This document shows positions 11,185-21,413 of a stretch of DNA of 64,000 bases, in pieces. Where the stretch lies: assembly GCA_964624795.1 (NCBI GenBank), contig CAZUZS010000015.1, forward strand, positions 2,663-66,662, in the 5' to 3' direction. The translations under genes were made by a program, and so were the position numbers. Numbering within the stretch: the stretch's first letter is position 1; every line of letters begins with the position of its first letter. Source of the stretch: an uncultured Calditrichaceae bacterium. Its GTDB lineage: Bacteria; Calditrichota; Calditrichia; RBG-13-44-9. A model generated the notes under the pieces. The model made no database searches and was not told the DNA's origin. It saw only the letters and a list, made by a program, of their open reading frames with translations.

Positions 11185-12130
11185 GCGGTCCCCGAACTCT
11201 TTTCATTTCTTCGGTGCTAAATCCCAACAATTTCACCTCCAGCTCCAGCCATACGCCGAACCGGCGGTAAACTTCGTACTGAACATCTCCAATTAATCTA
11301 TAAATGTCGGCGGCCTTGGCGCCGTCGTAATTGACAATAAAATTTGCGTGCTTGGTAGATACCATGGCGCCGCCAACCCGCATCCCTTTGCACCCTGCCT
11401 TTTCGATCAACACTCCCGCGTAATTCCCCGGCGGCCGTTTGAAAACGCTGCCGCACGATCCGTATTCCAAGGGCTGTTTGGAGGCCCGCCGTTCCAGGTA
11501 ATTCTGCCTGGCCCTCTCAAGATCGGTTTTAGAACCGTCCAGCATCTGCAATTTGCAGCCCACCAAAGTTTTGTTCTGTAAATTTATCGCTCTGCGATAT
11601 CCAAAGCCCGCCTGCTCCCCGCGGATGGTGACAGAATCCCCGGACCGCATCAGTGCGTCAATGTGCACTACCCGGTCCCCGATTTCCCCCACAAATGCAC
11701 CTGCGTTCATATGCAGTGCACCTCCCACTGTTCCGGGAATGCCGGACATAAAATCCAGGCCGGCAAGATTATTTTCCTCGCAGTAACCGACCAACGCCGA
11801 GACCAGCGCACCGCTGCCAGCGTAGACCTCATATCCCTGGTGCGTGATTTCAGAACAGCAGCGATCCAGGCGAATCACAACCATTTGAACGCCGCTATCG
11901 TGGACCAGGAGATTGGAACCGCTGCCCAGGATGAAGAACGGAATATTTTCCCCGCTGCACTCTGCAACTAAGCGCTGCAGATCCTGCCGGGTGGCGGGAC
12001 TGCAGAGTGCTGCCGCCGGCCCACCCACATGGTAGGTAGTGTAATCGCGGAGCGGTTCATTTAGCTTTACCTGTCCGGGAAATCGTTCCGGCAGGCGTTC
12101 CGCAAAATTATGGACCCGAGGTTTTTCCAT
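11177..12130 (-). CDS. murB: UDP-N-acetylenolpyruvoylglucosamine reductase
   Basis: FAD-binding MurB N-terminus (LRDYTTYHVGGPAAAL) and MurB C-terminal domain. Confidence 0.93.
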   Translation of the reverse strand: MEKPRVHNFAERLPERFPGQVKLNEPLRDYTTYHVGGPAAALCSPATRQDLQRLVAECSGENIPFFILGSGSNLLVHDSGVQMVVIRLDRCCSEITHQGYEVYAGSGALVSALVGYCEENNLAGLDFMSGIPGTVGGALHMNAGAFVGEIGDRVVHIDALMRSGDSVTIRGEQAGFGYRRAINLQNKTLVGCKLQMLDGSKTDLERARQNYLERRASKQPLEYGSCGSVFKRPPGNYAGVLIEKAGCKGMRVGGAMVSTKHANFIVNYDGAKAADIYRLIGDVQYEVYRRFGVWLELEVKLLGFSTEEMKRVRGPHE

Positions 12131-12133
12131 ATC

Positions 12134-13564
12134 TCAGCGCTTGTTATTTGTTGCGGCCTTCTTTTCCGCATTTGAATTCCCTGATTTCCGGTTCAGCATT
12201 TCCGCCAGGGCCTGGCTGCATTTCCACACATCGCCGGCGCCAATGGTGATGACCATATCTCCCGGCTGAAGCAGGGGGAGAACATATTCAGGCAATTTAT
12301 TCTTGTCCGGCACGAAATGAACTTCGCGATGACCGAGTGCCTGCGCAGTATCGGCAATCAGCTTGCCATCCACACCCGGAATCGGTTTTTCCCTGGCCGG
12401 GTAAACTTCCGTAACCACCAGCACATCCACCTGGAAAAAGGCGCGGGCAAATTCACGGTAAAAATCACGCGTGCGGGAATACAGGTGCGGCTGGAATACG
12501 GCTACAATTCTGCGCTGCGGCCATCCGCTGCGCGCGCCGTTCAGGGTGGCGGCAATTTCGGTCGGGTGATGGGCATAATCGTCCACCACCACGATGTCGT
12601 CAAAAGTCCCCTTTATCTCAAAGCGGCGATCGACGCCACTGAAATCTTCCAGCCCGGCTTTGATCTTTTCAAATGGAATATCCAGTTCCAGACCAACACC
12701 AATAGCTGCCAGGGCATTCAGCACATTATGTTCACCGGGAATTTTGAGCTGCAACCGGCCCAGCTTGTATTTCATATAGGTCACATCGAAAGAAACGCCG
12801 CTGCCGCCGAATTTGACGGCACTGGCCTGGATATCAGCCTGTTTGTTGAACCCAAATGTGGTGATGCTGCGCTGAATTCCGCTGAAAATTTCCTGCACGC
12901 CCGGGTTGTCCAGGCAGACGATCACCCTGCCGTAAAAAGGAACCTTATTGGCAAATTCCACAAAGGAATTCTTCAGGTCCTCCAGGTTTTCGTAACAATC
13001 CAGGTGGTCGGATTCCACATTGGTGATGACTGCAATGGTGGGAATGAGTTTGAGAAATGATTTATCAAACTCATCCGCTTCCGCCACCAGGAACTCGCTG
13101 TCCCCCAACTTGGCATTTGTCTTCAAAGAACGCACTTTGCCGCCGATGATGAGCGTGGGATCGAGCTTGCCTTCGGTGAGCACCGCGCCGGTGAGCGAAG
13201 TGGTCGTCGTCTTGCCGTGCGTTCCGGCAATCGCAATGCCGAATTTCAGGCGCATCAGCTCGGCTAACATTTCAGCCCGCTTTATTACCGGAATTTTGCG
13301 TTTGATTGCTTCCTGCACTTCCGGGTTGTCGGTGGTAACTGCCGAAGAGTAAACCAGCACGTCCGCATCCTTTAGATGCTCGGCGGAATGTCCTTCCGAA
13401 ATCCGGGCGCCAATTTGGGCCAGGTGTGATGTAACATCGGACAGCGAACGATCGGAGCCGGAGACGGAATATCCCAGGTTGATCAGGACTTCCGCAATTC
13501 CGCTCATGCCAATCCCGCCAATGCCGACGAAATGAATATTTTTAATTTTTCCAAGCCGAATCAT
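12134..13564 (-). CDS. murC: UDP-N-acetylmuramate--L-alanine ligase
   Basis: Mur ligase with GIGGIGMSGIA N-terminus and GTHGKTTTT P-loop. Confidence 0.95.
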   Translation of the reverse strand: MIRLGKIKNIHFVGIGGIGMSGIAEVLINLGYSVSGSDRSLSDVTSHLAQIGARISEGHSAEHLKDADVLVYSSAVTTDNPEVQEAIKRKIPVIKRAEMLAELMRLKFGIAIAGTHGKTTTTSLTGAVLTEGKLDPTLIIGGKVRSLKTNAKLGDSEFLVAEADEFDKSFLKLIPTIAVITNVESDHLDCYENLEDLKNSFVEFANKVPFYGRVIVCLDNPGVQEIFSGIQRSITTFGFNKQADIQASAVKFGGSGVSFDVTYMKYKLGRLQLKIPGEHNVLNALAAIGVGLELDIPFEKIKAGLEDFSGVDRRFEIKGTFDDIVVVDDYAHHPTEIAATLNGARSGWPQRRIVAVFQPHLYSRTRDFYREFARAFFQVDVLVVTEVYPAREKPIPGVDGKLIADTAQALGHREVHFVPDKNKLPEYVLPLLQPGDMVITIGAGDVWKCSQALAEMLNRKSGNSNAEKKAATNNKR

Positions 13565-13565
13565 T

Positions 13566-14696
13566 TTACACTTTCTTCATGATTTCAATAATTTTTCCGG
13601 CAATGGCTGCCGCAGCACCAGGCCGCTGAAGGGAATCCCATGCCACGGTCATCTTTTCCCGTTGCTGATCATTAGTCAGCAGCGCTTCAATCGCTTCCTG
13701 CAGCCTGAGATGGAATTGTGAGTCTTCATTTACCAGGAGTGCTGCACCCGCTTCCGCGATAGTCCGCGCATTGTGCTCCTGGTGGTTAGCAGCGGCATAC
13801 GGGTATGGCACCAGCACCACCGGCTTCCGGGCCAATGCCAGCTCCGCCAGCGTAATGGCGCCCGCCCGGCTGACAATTATGTCCGCTGCCGAATAAGCCA
13901 TCCCCATCGACTCGATGTAGTCGAGAACCCGCACATCGGGATGGCTTGCCACAGGCATATTTCGGATTGCCGGGTAATTTTTATTCCCCGCCTGCCACAG
14001 AAACTGTACCGCATATTTTTCGGACAGCATCTCAGCCAGGTCTGCAATTGCGTTATTAATGGACTGCGCTCCCTGGCTTCCGCCAAAGACAAAAACGACC
14101 GGTCTGGCGGGATCGAGATCCCATTTGGCACAAGCTTCCTTTTTTTCGACAAGCTGCAACGATTTCCGCACCGGGTTTCCGGTGACCAGTAGTTCGGCTT
14201 TCACCTCCCGGAAATGTTCTTTCACAACGGAATACGGCAGACAAATCACGCCGGCGTACCTGGCCAGCAAGCGCGTGGTCACACCGGGATAGCTATCCTG
14301 TTCCTGAATAAGCGTGGGAATCCCCATTTTCGCCGCCAGGTAAACCACCGGGCCGCTTACATAGCCGCCGGTCCCAACCACAACTCCCGGCTTGAATCGA
14401 TGCAATATCAGCCAACTCTGCAGCAGGCTGACCACCACCTTAATCGGAAAAAGCAGGTTCCTTAACGAAACGGATCGCTGAAATCCGGAGATCCAGATTT
14501 TCTTGAACGGCGTTCCAGTGCCGGGCAGGATTTCATTTTCCAGCCCGCGATAGCCGCCTACATATAAGAATTCAAAATTTCCCATACTCTTCAACATTTC
14601 GATAGTTGCCAGCGCCGGGTAAATGTGCCCCCCGGTCCCGCCGCCGGCGAATAGAATTTTTGCCTCGTGATTACCCATCCAGATACCGCAATCCAC
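13566..14696 (-). CDS. murG: UDP-GlcNAc:undecaprenyl-PP-MurNAc-pentapeptide GlcNAc transferase
   Basis: GGGTGGHIYPALA glycosyltransferase motif. The true start is probably the internal ATG near 14678, which removes most of the 26-nt overlap with ftsW. Confidence 0.93.
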   Translation of the reverse strand: MDCGIWMGNHEAKILFAGGGTGGHIYPALATIEMLKSMGNFEFLYVGGYRGLENEILPGTGTPFKKIWISGFQRSVSLRNLLFPIKVVVSLLQSWLILHRFKPGVVVGTGGYVSGPVVYLAAKMGIPTLIQEQDSYPGVTTRLLARYAGVICLPYSVVKEHFREVKAELLVTGNPVRKSLQLVEKKEACAKWDLDPARPVVFVFGGSQGAQSINNAIADLAEMLSEKYAVQFLWQAGNKNYPAIRNMPVASHPDVRVLDYIESMGMAYSAADIIVSRAGAITLAELALARKPVVLVPYPYAAANHQEHNARTIAEAGAALLVNEDSQFHLRLQEAIEALLTNDQQREKMTVAWDSLQRPGAAAAIAGKIIEIMKKV

Positions 14697-15825
14697 GGTT
14701 TTCCCGATTGTATCGTGCGCGTTTTGCGAACTGGTAATTATTTTCTCCCGATTTCGAATTCACCTTGCCGGAAATATTTAACAGGAGGCCCACCGCCAGG
14801 CTCGATGAAAGCATTGAGCTTCCGCCGTAGCTGATGAAAGGCAGTGGCAGTCCGGTTGGCGGCGCCAGGTGCGCAGCGACCATAATATTGATCAACGCGT
14901 AGAATATAATGTTCGCTGTGAGACCAAAAGCCAGGTACCGGGTAAATTTGTCGGTTGCCCGGTTGGTTAAATAAATTCCACGCCACATCAGGATAAAGAA
15001 CATTGCCATGATAAATAATGTGCCAATTAAGCCCCACTCTTCACCGATGATGGCAAATATGAAATCGGTGTGGGCCTCCGGCAGAAAAAAGAGTTTTTGC
15101 GAGCTTTGGGCAAATCCAACGCCGGTTACGCCACCGGATCCCAGGCTGATGAGCGACTGAATGATTTGGTACCCCTTTCCTAACATATCCTGTTCGGGAT
15201 GGAGGAAACCCACTATTCGGTCAAACTTATAGACTGAGAATTTAATTAATAAAGCGGCGGCAGGCATCATCATAAAAAAACTATACGCGAAATAGCGAAC
15301 CGGAATTGGAGATATGAATAACACCGCCAATCCAACGATGGTGAGCATAAAGGCCGAGCTGAAATCCGGTTCGACAACAATAAGCCCCGCCAGCAGCACG
15401 ATATAGAAAAGGTGCGGGAGGAAACCGCCCTTAAAGCTCTTAAGATATTCCTCTTTACGGCTAAGCGAATCCGCAAAGAAGAGGATAAGGGAAAACCTCG
15501 CAATGTCGCTGACCTGAATGTGAAGCGGACCGAGAATAATCCAGCGGCCGGAATGTTTTACAATCAGGTATGTTAAAAGCACGACGCTTAAGACGATGAA
15601 TCCCATCGAAACCTTCTGCAGCTTCTGATATGGGAACTTATAGGCCAGCAGCATAACCACCAGGCCCAGAAATACCCACAGGAGCTGACGTTTGAGAAAA
15701 TAGAGGTGATCCTGACGGAATCTGTCAGCATAGAACGCGCTGGCGCTGTACACCATAATAATCCCTATAGCCATCAGGCCAATGACGGTAAAAAATATCC
15801 AGCGGTCCAACTGATTTTCATTCAT
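14671..15825 (-). CDS. ftsW: Peptidoglycan glycosyltransferase FtsW (SEDS family)
   Basis: Polytopic membrane protein of FtsW/RodA length, in the canonical dcw position. 4-nt overlap with murD. Confidence 0.92.
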   Translation of the reverse strand: MNENQLDRWIFFTVIGLMAIGIIMVYSASAFYADRFRQDHLYFLKRQLLWVFLGLVVMLLAYKFPYQKLQKVSMGFIVLSVVLLTYLIVKHSGRWIILGPLHIQVSDIARFSLILFFADSLSRKEEYLKSFKGGFLPHLFYIVLLAGLIVVEPDFSSAFMLTIVGLAVLFISPIPVRYFAYSFFMMMPAAALLIKFSVYKFDRIVGFLHPEQDMLGKGYQIIQSLISLGSGGVTGVGFAQSSQKLFFLPEAHTDFIFAIIGEEWGLIGTLFIMAMFFILMWRGIYLTNRATDKFTRYLAFGLTANIIFYALINIMVAAHLAPPTGLPLPFISYGGSSMLSSSLAVGLLLNISGKVNSKSGENNYQFAKRARYNRENRGLRYLDG

Positions 15826-17201
15826 GATGCCAGTCCCTCCACAATCTTCTTGAATTGGCGACCGCGATCTTCGTAATCCCGGAACATGTCAAAACTCGAA
15901 CACGCCGGGGAAAGCAGAATTACCATTCCCGGCTCCGCCTGCTTCCTGGCTAAAGAGACCGCTTCGGCCAGGTCAGCAACCTCAAACAGTGCGACAGCAC
16001 TTTCCCAGGATTTCCTCATGCGTTTGGCGGCCTGCCCGATGAGTATCGCCATTTTGACTTTTTCTTTCAGCAAATTACCGATCTTTGAAAAATCGCCGCC
16101 TTTGTCCTTCCCACCGGCGATGAGAACAATTTTTTCATCGAAGCTCTGCAAAGCAAAAGCGAGCGAATCGACAGTGGTCGCTTTGGAATCATTTACATAA
16201 GTCACGCCGTCCAATTCGCGCACGATTTCCAGCCGGTGTTCGATTCCCGGAAAACGAGCGATTTCTTCGGAAATCTGATCCGCCTGAATATTATTGAGTC
16301 TTCCCAGCAGAGCTGCTACCATCATGTTGTAGCGATTGTGCGGCCCGCGCAATTGATATTCGGGCAGTGAAATCCGCTCAAGCTGCCCGCCAATGCGGAT
16401 GCCGATCTGTTCATTTTCCCAGAAAGCACCTTCCTGGTCGTGCGGCTGCAGACTGAAAACCATCTTCTTTGGCCGACAGGATTTCAGGTGTTCCACAAGA
16501 TATAGGTCGTCTTTATTGTAAATTATCGTATCGTCAGAAGTCATATTTTTCAGAACATTCAGCTTGGCCTGCGCATATGATTCAAAATCCGGGTAGCGGT
16601 CCAGATGGTTGGCGGTAAGATTCATGATAACCGCAACGGCAGGGTGAAAACCGTGGATGGTCTCCAATTGAAAGCTGCTGATTTCCAGCAAGGCGACACC
16701 CTGCGGCGTTGAAGCGGAAACGTATTCGGCGAATGGCTGCCCGATATTCCCCGCAACGATGGTGTGCGGAATTCCTCTTTTCAAAATTTCGCCGCTGAGA
16801 GTAGTGGTTGTCGTTTTCCCATTCGAGCCGGTTACGGCAATAATTGGTGAACGGCAGAACCAGGAGGCCACCTCGATTTCCCCGGTGATGGGAATGCCTT
16901 TGGCGGAAGCCTTTTCCAGGACCGGAATGGAGAGTGGCAAACCGGGGCTTATACAAATTAAATCCGAATCCAGAACCTGGGCGCCGTGGCCTCCCGTTTC
17001 TACCCGGACGCCTGCCTTTTGCAGCTCCGGCAAAGGCAATTGGAGCTGCGCGGCAGATTTTACATCACTCAATAAAACAGATGCGCCGGAATTCGCCAAC
17101 AAGGTGGAAACCGCAATCCCGCTGCGCGCTGCACCCAGCACGGCTACCCGCGCCCCACGCAGTTGGTCGACATTTTTGGCTGCATCATTGTAAATCTTCA
17201 T
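15822..17201 (-). CDS. murD: UDP-N-acetylmuramoylalanine--D-glutamate ligase
   Basis: Mur ligase with VTGSNGKTTTT P-loop, in the canonical dcw position. Confidence 0.93.
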   Translation of the reverse strand: MKIYNDAAKNVDQLRGARVAVLGAARSGIAVSTLLANSGASVLLSDVKSAAQLQLPLPELQKAGVRVETGGHGAQVLDSDLICISPGLPLSIPVLEKASAKGIPITGEIEVASWFCRSPIIAVTGSNGKTTTTTLSGEILKRGIPHTIVAGNIGQPFAEYVSASTPQGVALLEISSFQLETIHGFHPAVAVIMNLTANHLDRYPDFESYAQAKLNVLKNMTSDDTIIYNKDDLYLVEHLKSCRPKKMVFSLQPHDQEGAFWENEQIGIRIGGQLERISLPEYQLRGPHNRYNMMVAALLGRLNNIQADQISEEIARFPGIEHRLEIVRELDGVTYVNDSKATTVDSLAFALQSFDEKIVLIAGGKDKGGDFSKIGNLLKEKVKMAILIGQAAKRMRKSWESAVALFEVADLAEAVSLARKQAEPGMVILLSPACSSFDMFRDYEDRGRQFKKIVEGLAS

Positions 17202-17222
17202 CTTATCGCCACGTCCCTCGCA

Positions 17223-17282
17223 TCAGGAAACCAGGATCACCTGTTTCCTTTTAATCTTGATCTTGAGCTTGATTTTCATCAT
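17223..17282 (-). CDS. Possible 19-aa upstream ORF (MMKIKLKIKIKRKQVILVS) in the mraY-murD gap
   Basis: ATGATG is preceded by AAAGGAGGT with a 6-nt spacer. The stop lies 21 nt upstream of the murD ATG. It sits in an atypical 195-nt intergenic gap. Confidence 0.2.
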   Translation of the reverse strand: MMKIKLKIKIKRKQVILVS

Positions 17283-17396
17283 CCTCTACCTCCTTTTTTT
17301 GTTTGCGGAAGATGACTTTATGCCCATAACATTCGAGTTTTTATTAAATTCCGGCAACCCGATTTTTTCCACGTTATTGTTTTCCTTCATCCCGAA

Positions 17397-18508
17397 TTAG
17401 CGCACCTTGAAAGTCGTCAGGGTGAGCAGCGCCAGCAGGATCCCGATGATCCACAGCCGGGTTACCACTTTGGATTCGTGCCACCCTTTCAATTCGAAGT
17501 GGTGGTGCAGCGGGGCCATCTTAAACACCCGCCGGCCTGTTCCATATTTTTTGCGGGTGTACTTAAAATAACTTGTCTGGATAATCACCGACAGCGCTTC
17601 GGCAACAAAAACACCGCCGATCAGGACCAGCAGGAATTCTTTTTTGATCAGAACTGCCAGTGTGCCCAGCGTGCTGCCCAGCGCCAAAGCGCCGGTATCG
17701 CCCATAAAAATTTCCGCCGGGTAGGCGTTGTACCACAAAAAGCCCATTGCCGCACCAAAAACCGCCAGGCAATAAACCGTCAGCTCCCCGGAACCGGGCA
17801 GGTATATGATATTCAAATAATCGCTGAATTTGATATTTCCGGTGATGTAGCTCATGGCTGCAAACGCCAGCATGGAAATTGCCATTAATCCCGTGGCCAG
17901 ACCATCCAGCCCGTCTGTCAAATTTACCGCATTGGAAGTGCCGGTAATCACCAGGATAACGACCGGGATGTAGAGCCAGCCGAAGTCAATTTCCAGATTC
18001 TTGAAAAACGGCAGGCTGGTATTAGAATTGATCCCCTGGATGATAAGGTGGTGGTTGAAATAGATCATGGCACCGATGAACAGCCCCAATCCTACCTGGC
18101 CGACCAGCTTGTAGCGTCCGACCAGTCCTTTTTTGATTTTCTTGATCGTTTTCAGATAATCGTCAAGAAAACCGACAATTCCCATCCACAGCGTGGAAAT
18201 GAAAATAAGCTGAATATAGAAATTGGTTATCCTGGCCCACAACAAGACGCCCAGAATTACGCCGGCAAGGATGATGATTCCGCCCATGGTCGGGGTGCCG
18301 GCCTTTTGAAGATGGCTTTGCGGGCCGTCGCTCCGGATCTCCTCTCCGATCTGTTTCTGGCGCAGCAGATGCAGAATTTTGGGTCCGATAAACAGGCTGA
18401 ACAGCAGCGCCGTAACAGCCGCCAGCGCTGCACGCACCGTGATGTAGCGGAAGAGGTTGAATCCGAAAAAGATATCCTTAAACTGGTACAGGAAATCTCC
18501 TAACACAG
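17397..18508 (-). CDS. mraY: Phospho-N-acetylmuramoyl-pentapeptide transferase
   Basis: MraY membrane protein. I chose the GTG start at 18508 (VLGDFLYQF...), which abuts the murF stop at 18509. The track ORF extends the N-terminus implausibly to 414 aa. Confidence 0.92.
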
Positions 18509-19897
18509 CTACCCCCGTATGCCTAAATATGTGAACACATTTTCCATTGCCATCCCTCTGGATCCTTTGACTAAAACTACGTCTCCATCCCGAATCGCTG
18601 CGGCGAGCGCATCCGCCAGAGATTTGTAATCCACAAACCATTCGGTCTGCGCCGGGTTTCCATTACCTGTCCTCAGAGTTTCATCGATAATCCGGCATAG
18701 CTGCCCCATGCTGAACACAAAATCCACCGGGTTCTGTTTCAGATACTCACCGATTTTATGATGTTCCTGTTCACCCAAATCCCCCAGTTCCAGCATATCG
18801 CCCAGAACCAGGAAACGGCGCCCTTTGCTTTGCGCAGGAAGCGAGCGCAGAAAATCGATAGCAGCAATGAGCGATTCCGGGTTTGAATTGTAAGCATCAT
18901 TAATAAAAAGGATATTTTTGCTATGGAGCATTTCCATTCGCTGGTGAACCGGTGGAACAGACTCCAGGCCTTCCTTAACCTGATCGGGCGAAATCCCCAG
19001 ATCAAGTCCAATCGCCGCCGCAAGAAGTCCGTTCATCAAATGATGCTTACCGGGAATCGGCAAGAGAATTTCCGGGCCATCGTTAACCCGGAATCGCACG
19101 CTGCCAGAACCATCCATCCCTGAAAACAGGCCGTGGTAATCCACGCCCTCACTCAACCCAATTTTTTTTATGGTCACTCCCTCGCGCCGGTACCGCCGCA
19201 GGAGGGGATCGTCTTCATTTATATAAATTGTGCCATCTTTCGAAACGCCATCCAGCAATGATCTTTTCTCACGGTAAATAGCCTCTTTCGAGCCAAAATA
19301 TCCGATGTGACCGCTGCCGATATTGGTGACTACTCCGTGAGTTGGCGACACGATTTCGGTCAGCCGGGCAATTTCTCCAGGATGATTAGTGCCCAGCTCA
19401 AACACCCCCGCTTCAGTGTTGTGCATGATGTGAAACAAGCTGAGCGGAACACCGACAAAATTGTTTTTGTTGCCCTCGGTTTTAACCACCCGGTATTTGG
19501 TTCTCAAGACAGAAGCCAGCAGTTCCTTGGCAGTTGTCTTCCCGGCCGAACCGGTAAGTCCGATCACCGGAATGGAAAATTGCCTGCGGTACCAGGCGGC
19601 CAACTGCATCAGGAAATCTGTGGATTCGCGAACAAAAAGAACAGGAATCCCAGTTTCATTTTCGGACAATTCATGTCCTTCTTGCACAACTGTGGCCACT
19701 GCACCTTTCTCATAAGCAGACGCAATAAACCGATAACCGTCGAAATTCTCTCCTCGCAAAGCGATAAAAATTTCTCCCGGCCTGATAGTACGGGAATCGA
19801 TGGATACACCGCTAACGGAAAGACCGCCGTTCAGGTTCTCCATTCTCCCGTTTACACCTGCTTCGTGCAAAAATTTGTCAAATTCGAACTTTTCCAT
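18509..19897 (-). CDS. murF: UDP-MurNAc-tripeptide--D-alanyl-D-alanine ligase
   Basis: Mur ligase with GLTGSAGKTT P-loop, in the canonical dcw position. Confidence 0.93.
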   Translation of the reverse strand: MEKFEFDKFLHEAGVNGRMENLNGGLSVSGVSIDSRTIRPGEIFIALRGENFDGYRFIASAYEKGAVATVVQEGHELSENETGIPVLFVRESTDFLMQLAAWYRRQFSIPVIGLTGSAGKTTAKELLASVLRTKYRVVKTEGNKNNFVGVPLSLFHIMHNTEAGVFELGTNHPGEIARLTEIVSPTHGVVTNIGSGHIGYFGSKEAIYREKRSLLDGVSKDGTIYINEDDPLLRRYRREGVTIKKIGLSEGVDYHGLFSGMDGSGSVRFRVNDGPEILLPIPGKHHLMNGLLAAAIGLDLGISPDQVKEGLESVPPVHQRMEMLHSKNILFINDAYNSNPESLIAAIDFLRSLPAQSKGRRFLVLGDMLELGDLGEQEHHKIGEYLKQNPVDFVFSMGQLCRIIDETLRTGNGNPAQTEWFVDYKSLADALAAAIRDGDVVLVKGSRGMAMENVFTYLGIRG

Positions 19898-19949
19898 CTA
19901 CACTATGGCTGCCTAAAATTTTCAAACTAAAGAATTGCACGGCCCGCGA

Positions 19950-21413
19950 TTAGTTCCAGGCTTTTTCTTTTATATATTCTTCGATCACTTGATGATCGTC
20001 AAATGGAAATTTTTGACCGGCGATTTCCTGGTAAGTCTCGTGTCCCTTGCCCGCCACCAGCACCGCATCCCGCTTTGCCGCACGCGCCAGGGCAGAGCGG
20101 ATTGCTTCCCGGCGGTCAGGAATGACCGTTACTTTTTTCTGATCGTAAATGCCCCGGCCGATTTCGGCAATAATCTCTTCCGGTTCCTCGGAACGGGGAT
20201 TATCGTTGGTGAGAATAATGATATCGGCGAAATCATCTGCTGCCTTCCCCATTTGGGGGCGCTTCCCGCGGTCGCGATCGCCGCCGGCACCGAACACCAC
20301 AATCAGATTTTCCGGGCGGGTATCCCAGATCGCCTTCAAAATGTTTCGCAAACCCTCCGGTGTGTGGGCGTAATCGACATAAATAGTGACACCAAATGAT
20401 GTTGAATAATATTCGCATCTTCCCGGAATGCGTTTCATTTCGCGGATTCCCTCCGCTATGAAATTCGATTGCAGACCCAGGCTCACGGCAGTCGTAACTG
20501 CTGCCAATATGTTGTAAATATTGAAATCGCCCAAAAGCGGCGTTTCCACCCGAACCTCTCCTTCGGGAGTTGCCAGCAGTATCTGCATGCCATCTTTTTT
20601 TACCTGGTGCGAGATATGCCGCACAGTTGCTTCATCCTTATCCATGGAAAAAGTAAAAACTTCACCTTCGGTAATTTTCCGAATTCTTTGACTGTATGGA
20701 TCATCCCAATTGAGCACAACTTTTTGGTTTTCGGTCAGATTCCTGAACATCCTGCTCTTCGCATGAAAATAATCTTCCATGGTTTTATGGAAATCCAGGT
20801 GGTCCCGGCCCAGGTTTGTAAATACATTAGCGACAAACGGGACGCCATCCACCCGGTGCAAGGAAAGGGCGTGCGAAGATACTTCCATTACCGTACTTTT
20901 CAGCGAAGATCGCACCATTAGGTCGAACATTCTGAACAGATCGAGGGATTCGGGAGTGGTGCGCTCCGCCGGCTCCCACCGCTTGCCATCAAATGATTCG
21001 ATGGTAGTCACCAGCCCCGGTTTCCAATGTGCCTGATTCAGAATGGAATGCACCAGATAAGCGGTGGTGGTCTTTCCGGTGGTTCCGGTGATGCCAACGA
21101 TTTTCAATTTCTCTTCCGGGTTATTGAAAAAAACACGGGCAATCTGCGCCATTGCTTTCCTGGTATCCTTGACACGAACAACCGTCGAATCCAGAAGTTC
21201 TATCTCTTTTTCCACAAAGAAAACTCTCGCACCCCGTTCGTAAGCCTGAGGAATAAAGTCATGGCCATCGCTGGTAAATCCCCGGACGGCGATAAACGCC
21301 TGGTCCGGTCCGGCGAGCCGGGAATTGTATTGAATATCCGGCACAAAACGGTTGGTTTCGCCGCGGACGCCGATTTTGTCGATCCGGTCCAAAATTTTCT
21401 GCAAGGTCATCAT
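19950..21413 (-). CDS. murE: UDP-MurNAc-L-Ala-D-Glu--2,6-diaminopimelate ligase
   Basis: Mur ligase with GITGTTGKTTT P-loop and a DNPR motif near the C-terminus (m-DAP-type specificity). Confidence 0.93.
   Translation of the reverse strand: MMTLQKILDRIDKIGVRGETNRFVPDIQYNSRLAGPDQAFIAVRGFTSDGHDFIPQAYERGARVFFVEKEIELLDSTVVRVKDTRKAMAQIARVFFNNPEEKLKIVGITGTTGKTTTAYLVHSILNQAHWKPGLVTTIESFDGKRWEPAERTTPESLDLFRMFDLMVRSSLKSTVMEVSSHALSLHRVDGVPFVANVFTNLGRDHLDFHKTMEDYFHAKSRMFRNLTENQKVVLNWDDPYSQRIRKITEGEVFTFSMDKDEATVRHISHQVKKDGMQILLATPEGEVRVETPLLGDFNIYNILAAVTTAVSLGLQSNFIAEGIREMKRIPGRCEYYSTSFGVTIYVDYAHTPEGLRNILKAIWDTRPENLIVVFGAGGDRDRGKRPQMGKAADDFADIIILTNDNPRSEEPEEIIAEIGRGIYDQKKVTVIPDRREAIRSALARAAKRDAVLVAGKGHETYQEIAGQKFPFDDHQVIEEYIKEKAWN

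Noticed and set aside
17397-18641. Long N-terminal extensions in the track ORFs for mraY (414 aa), selA (535 aa), ybeY (205 aa), ruvA (224 aa), mraZ, fadD, the GalT-like gene and the 7TM-HD protein
   Set aside because: The extensions have no homology-like character and often overlap the upstream gene in another frame. Internal starts with SD and family-typical N-termini were chosen instead.
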